DNA of 64,000 bases from contig CP170459.1 in assembly GCA_047947115.1 (NCBI GenBank), positions 832,001 through 896,000 of the forward strand, written 5' to 3'. This DNA is from Verrucomicrobiota bacterium. GTDB taxonomy: Bacteria; Verrucomicrobiota; Verrucomicrobiia; Limisphaerales; AAA164-E04. Position 1 is the stretch's first letter; each line of letters begins with the position of its first letter. The position numbers were made by a program, and so were the translations under genes. Of the stretch, positions 59,653-64,000 are shown piece by piece. The notes under the pieces were generated by a model. It did no database searches, was not told the origin of the DNA, and worked only from the letters and a program-made list of their open reading frames with translations.

Positions 59653-62304
59653 ATGAACAAAAGTATCATGAATAAAAAACTACTCGGACTGGGCTGTGCC
59701 ATCGGCTTGACCAGCCTGGCAACCCAGGCCCAGCATGAAGTCGTTCCTCTGGAGTTGTTCCACACTCTGGAAGGACTGGAAGTCACGCTATGGGCTCAAT
59801 CCCCCATGATCTACAACCCGGCCAATATGGACATCGACAAAGATGGCCGTATCTGGGTCACCGAAGGAGTGAACTATCGCGGACACTACGACCGCAAACC
59901 GGAAGGTGACCGCGTCGTGGTGCTGGAAGACACGGATCGCGACGGAAAAGCAGACAAGGAATGGGCCTTCGTCCAGGAAGAATTCCTGCGCTGCCCCATG
60001 GGAATCGCCGTCATCGACAACAAGGTGGTCGTTTCCATGACACCCGATTTGATCGTTTACACCGATGTGGATCGTGATCTCAAATTCAATCCTGAAGTGG
60101 ATAAACGCGAAGTATTGCTCACCGGATTCAACGGACGCGTCCACGATCACAGCCTGCACTCCGTCACCGTCGGCCCCGATGGCCAATGGTATTTTAACGC
60201 CGGCAACTGCGGCTCGGTCTTCACTGATCGATCCGGTCGTACTTTCCGCATGGGCAGCGCCTACATGACGCAGGAAGTAGCCGGTCAGAAGAGCGATGAC
60301 GGTCACGTCTACATAGGCGCTTTCACCGCCCGCATGAATCCTGACGGAAGTTGGGTAAACATCATCGGACACAATTACCGCAACAGCTACGAACAAACCG
60401 TCACCTCATTTGGCGACGTGTTCCAAAATGACAACGATGATCCACCCGCCGCGCGCACGGGCTTCCTGATGGAATACGGCAACGCCGGTTTCAGCAGCTT
60501 CGACGGCAAACGCTCCTGGGGAGCGGACCGACGTCCCGGCCAAACCACCCCTATCGCGGAATGGCGTCAGGAAGACCCCGGCACCATGCCTCCAGGAGAT
60601 GTTTACGGTGGCGGGGCGCCCACAGGGATTGCCTATTACGAAAACGGTGCGCTCGGCAAGGGGTACCAAGGCATGTTGCTGTCCTGCGAACCCGCCCGTA
60701 ACACGGTGTTCGGTTACCTCCCGACCAATCAAGGAGCCGGATTCAAATTGGAACGATTCAATTTCCTGACCACCAACAGTGATGAAGAGTTCTCCGGCGC
60801 GGACTTCACCGGCGGCGGCCGCAACATGACCAACGAAAAGAAAACTTTGTTTCGTCCTTCCGACGTTGCCATCGGACCGGACGGCGCAGTGTATGTCACC
60901 GACTGGTATGATGCTCGTGTCGGGGGACATGGTGATTTGGATGACACTCTTTCCGGTGCCATTTATCGTGTGGCGCCGAAGGGATTCAAACCCGAGGTCC
61001 CCAAATATGACATCAATAACAGCGCAGCCCATGCAAGCGCTTTGTTGAGCCCTGCCATCAATGTCCGTGCTATTGCCGCATCCAAATTGCGTGAATCAGG
61101 CGAATTCTCTGTAAACGAGGTGTCAACTCTTCTGGAAAAGGAAAACCCCTATTTTCGAGCGCGCGCAGTGTGGGTTCTTAGTGAAATGGGAGAAGCCGGA
61201 CTTCGTCAAGTAAGGCGTCAACTGAATAGCGACGACGAACAAACACGTGTCGTCGCCTACCGCGCATTGCGCCGGCAAGGTAAAGGCCTGATCCGCCTTT
61301 CAAAACGCATGGCCAAAGATCCCTCCCCTGCGGTACGCCGCGAAGTGGCTCTGGCAATGAGGGACATTCCATTTGCTCGCGCCAAGGAGGTGCTGGTGGA
61401 AGTGGCCAAAGGATATGATGGTTCAGATCGTTATTACCTCGAAGCACTCGGCACCGGCGCGACCAGCAAGGAAAGCAAACTCTACGATGTCCTGTTATCC
61501 GAACTCGGCAGTCAGGACGCCACCAACTGGTCCCAGGCATTCGCCAACATCGCCTGGCGTTTGCATCCGGAGCAATCCGCCAAAGCATTCACCGCTCGCG
61601 CTCTTTCCGATAACTTGAGCGAAGACGACCGCAAGGCCGCACTCGTGGCCCTGGCCTACAACGGGACTCAGGAAGCGGTCAACGGCATCGTGGAAGCTGC
61701 CTCCAAAACAACCGGCATGGTGAAAGCCCACGCCGTCTGGTGGTTGCTGAATCGCAAAGGAAGTCTCTGGGCGGATTACAATCTGGATGCAGCATTGAAA
61801 GAGCAGGGTATTTACGATCCCGACAGCGTACAGGTCGTTCCCATGCAAATCCCTAAAGCACCGGCATCCCAGCTTCCGGCTATTGAGGACATTCTGAAAC
61901 TCAAAGGCGATGCGGAAAAAGGCAAACTTCTGACAACTGCGTGCTACATGTGCCATAAGGTGGGCGAAAACGGCATCGACTATGGACCGGACATCACCGC
62001 ATTCGCGCGGGCACAAACCTCTGAAGTCGTTCTGCGCGCGATCATCGATCCTTCAGCGGAAATTTCCCACGGCTACGAAGGTTCCGTCATCACAACAAAA
62101 GATGAAGAAATCGTTCATGGACGGGTGCTCTCCCGATCCGATCCCGTCATCGTCCAATGTCAGGGAGGGGTCATGCAAATGATTCCGAAAGACAAAGTGG
62201 AATCCATACGGGGACTGCGCCGTTCGCTGATGTTAAGCGGCGAACAACTCGGCATGGATGCCCAGGCCCTGGCTGATGTATTGGCCTATTTGAAAACACT
62301 CTGA
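59653..62304 (+). CDS. PVC-type haem-binding protein (dehydrogenase-like propeller, HEAT repeats, cytochrome c)
   Basis: Signal peptide, DGRIWVTE..NYR, HDHSLH, NYRNSYE, FRPSDV, CYMCH, GPDIT, SLM. Confidence 0.88.
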   Translation: MNKSIMNKKLLGLGCAIGLTSLATQAQHEVVPLELFHTLEGLEVTLWAQSPMIYNPANMDIDKDGRIWVTEGVNYRGHYDRKPEGDRVVVLEDTDRDGKADKEWAFVQEEFLRCPMGIAVIDNKVVVSMTPDLIVYTDVDRDLKFNPEVDKREVLLTGFNGRVHDHSLHSVTVGPDGQWYFNAGNCGSVFTDRSGRTFRMGSAYMTQEVAGQKSDDGHVYIGAFTARMNPDGSWVNIIGHNYRNSYEQTVTSFGDVFQNDNDDPPAARTGFLMEYGNAGFSSFDGKRSWGADRRPGQTTPIAEWRQEDPGTMPPGDVYGGGAPTGIAYYENGALGKGYQGMLLSCEPARNTVFGYLPTNQGAGFKLERFNFLTTNSDEEFSGADFTGGGRNMTNEKKTLFRPSDVAIGPDGAVYVTDWYDARVGGHGDLDDTLSGAIYRVAPKGFKPEVPKYDINNSAAHASALLSPAINVRAIAASKLRESGEFSVNEVSTLLEKENPYFRARAVWVLSEMGEAGLRQVRRQLNSDDEQTRVVAYRALRRQGKGLIRLSKRMAKDPSPAVRREVALAMRDIPFARAKEVLVEVAKGYDGSDRYYLEALGTGATSKESKLYDVLLSELGSQDATNWSQAFANIAWRLHPEQSAKAFTARALSDNLSEDDRKAALVALAYNGTQEAVNGIVEAASKTTGMVKAHAVWWLLNRKGSLWADYNLDAALKEQGIYDPDSVQVVPMQIPKAPASQLPAIEDILKLKGDAEKGKLLTTACYMCHKVGENGIDYGPDITAFARAQTSEVVLRAIIDPSAEISHGYEGSVITTKDEEIVHGRVLSRSDPVIVQCQGGVMQMIPKDKVESIRGLRRSLMLSGEQLGMDAQALADVLAYLKTL

Positions 62305-62324
62305 CCAAAATCGCAAAACACCAT

Positions 62325-62353
62325 GGGGGCGTCCACTGGGACGCCCCCTTTTT
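62325..62353 (+). terminator. Intrinsic terminator
   Basis: GGGGGCGTCC-ACTG-GGACGCCCCC-TTTTT. Confidence 0.85.
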
Positions 62354-62357
62354 GATC

Positions 62358-62732
62358 ATGCAAAGAGACGCACGCATTCCGATCATCGAAGTTCTCGAAA
62401 TGGCAGCCAGTGAAAATGGTTTGCCCCGGGAACTGATTGCCGGAGAAAACGTGCACGATGTCTCCCTCTACCACGACCTCATCGATCAAGGTTACCTGAT
62501 GGGAACCATCCTCAGCGATGGCAAACGCCCCTACTTCATCGAAGGTTGTCACATCACCACCAAAGGACGGGAATACTTGATGCAACTCAAAGGAAACGTC
62601 CGACAAAGACCACCCTTCTGGTCGGGAACTTTCAAATACACCCTGATCGGTTTTATCATTGGAACAACAATCGGACTGGTGGTCACGCTCTGGTGGATTC
62701 GTAAATTCGGAATGCCCGAGTGGATGAATTGA
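62358..62732 (+). CDS. Small hypothetical protein: winged-helix-like N-domain and C-terminal TM
   Basis: LIDQGYL...ITTKGREYL followed by a hydrophobic helix. Confidence 0.6.
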   Translation: MQRDARIPIIEVLEMAASENGLPRELIAGENVHDVSLYHDLIDQGYLMGTILSDGKRPYFIEGCHITTKGREYLMQLKGNVRQRPPFWSGTFKYTLIGFIIGTTIGLVVTLWWIRKFGMPEWMN

Positions 62733-62742
62733 ACCCATGTCT

Positions 62743-63000
62743 TTGGACTGCGGCAAGTCATTACCACTCTGGATACCTTGCGACAACTTTGTGGAATTCG
62801 GATCTTTCTGAATGTTCATCTACCCTTTTGGGCAAATTGCGGGGTGTCAGTTTGTCAGTTGAGATAATCTTACGCCAGGGGTATACGGACCGTATCCAGA
62901 GCTCCGATGACTCGGAGCACTCCAGATGGCGCTGGCCTTGTTGAAAGCTTTTAAAGATCGAAGCAATTCTGGAGTGCTGGGGAAGTATCGCCGCTCTGAA
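62743..63000. repeat. Family D REPIN doublet (62743-62925) plus an extra arm (62969-63000)
   Basis: TTGGACTGCGGC...CTCTGGATAC; CGTATCCAGAGCTCCGATGACTCGGAGCACTCCAGATGGCGC; TCTGGAGTGC...CCGCTCTG. Confidence 0.7.
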
Positions 63001-63120
63001 TGCCTCAGGTCAACGTCACAGGCTTTATATCAAAACGGCGGTCCACCGTTTCAAAGGTTAGCCACCGTTTCAATTCGATTTTCATAAACGTTTACCAACT
63101 TGGAAAACAGGAGTCGGGAT

Positions 63121-63999
63121 TCAATCATTTACGGCTTGGAATTTGGCATACCAACCGGCATAAGGAACCAGAAGCCCTTGCTCGCGCATCCGAATCTCGC
63201 TAACCGGATTTCTACCCCTCGGAGATTCCTCTCCATAATCCATGAGCTCCAACGGTAAATCTTCCATCCCTTTCATATTGTAAAACAACCGGTAAATCAG
63301 ACCATTAGCATTGGCCTTTCCTACGGCTGTAGCGAACTCGGTATGAAACCATTTCCAATCCCTTAAGCGCTCACGCAGGTTGTTTAATGCTTCATCTACC
63401 TGCGCATTCCACGTCACATCTGGAAACAGCACCTTTTGAATTCCCACATTTTCACTCACACGAGGTTCCCTGGATTTTGTTTCGCGAGCCACATGATGAA
63501 ATCGCCGAAAATCCCGAAAACAAAGCGCCACCAAAACCGGATCATGCCCGCGGTCATGCTCACTGAGAATGGTATGGAACTGTTTGAAGGGCAACGTCAG
63601 CCTGATCTCATCCTCAAAGAACCGTTCCAGGAACGTATGATTGAAGTGCGCAATCGATGGGAGGTCTCCCAATTCCGAAACACCCTTCTTCCTTTCCAAA
63701 TCCAACGCCAACTCCGATCCTGGTACCGGGCGCCACGGAAAATTCACCCTCCATTCCGCCAACTTCTCCATTTCCTCCTGAAGAGCTTTCATGCGGCGTT
63801 TATGCGGTGTCATGACGTATTCGATGCGTGATATATTGTAGTCAACGGCTTGAGCGTGACGATGTGAGATATGCATTAAAACGTTATGCACCCAATGACG
63901 AATCTCCCAATCACCGGGCTGCGGACCTCGATGTGACCAATAAACCCTTGAATCACCGAAAGTCAAAACCAGGAGACAAATCACCATTCCAAAAATCAT
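63121..63999 (-). CDS. Hypothetical protein, probably 5'-truncated at the window edge
   Basis: 292-codon open frame starting with a hydrophobic segment; no recognised motif. Confidence 0.55.
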   Translation of the reverse strand: MIFGMVICLLVLTFGDSRVYWSHRGPQPGDWEIRHWVHNVLMHISHRHAQAVDYNISRIEYVMTPHKRRMKALQEEMEKLAEWRVNFPWRPVPGSELALDLERKKGVSELGDLPSIAHFNHTFLERFFEDEIRLTLPFKQFHTILSEHDRGHDPVLVALCFRDFRRFHHVARETKSREPRVSENVGIQKVLFPDVTWNAQVDEALNNLRERLRDWKWFHTEFATAVGKANANGLIYRLFYNMKGMEDLPLELMDYGEESPRGRNPVSEIRMREQGLLVPYAGWYAKFQAVND

Positions 64000-64000
64000 C

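Noticed and set aside
1..64000. Autonomous mobile element, prophage, RAYT, reverse transcriptase, tRNA or rRNA
   Set aside because: No HUH, DDE, integrase, RT or phage motifs in the ORF track and no RNA gene recognised by eye. A covariance-model search was not possible, so small ncRNAs cannot be excluded.

Overview
64 kb of GC-rich bacterial chromosome. The gene families (DUF1592/DUF1552 pair, PVC-type CxxCH proteins, CotH, sulfatase, TPR-ankyrin module) suggest a PVC-superphylum organism, probably Verrucomicrobiota; this is inference. Housekeeping genes (cinA, pheA, scpAB, guaA, glnD, lspA, miaA, bcp, glpG) alternate with many predicted exported redox and carbohydrate proteins: five c-type haem proteins with 11 CxxCH motifs, PQQ/GSDH-type propellers, PA14 domains, a Tat-leader DgoD, a sulfatase and a matrixin. 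No rRNA, tRNA, CRISPR, integrase or transposase was recognised. Main observations: (1) most large intergenic gaps hold REP/REPIN-type palindromes from about five families. These include two diverged 123-bp tandem arrays with compensatory stem changes, doublets of fixed length, a collapsed doublet, a chimeric junction and swappable micro-inserts. No cognate RAYT transposase lies in the window. (2) A kinase-regulator-TPR/ankyrin locus (44.6-50.6 kb) carries four lesions that can be mapped by eye, while the response regulator is intact. (3) A candidate periplasmic sugar-oxidation network. (4) A shared C-terminal domain on two unrelated exported enzymes that may be a sorting tag. (5) Twin ECF-type promoters in a sigma/anti-sigma operon, and leaderless sigma70 promoters. 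All family assignments come from motif recognition, not database searches.
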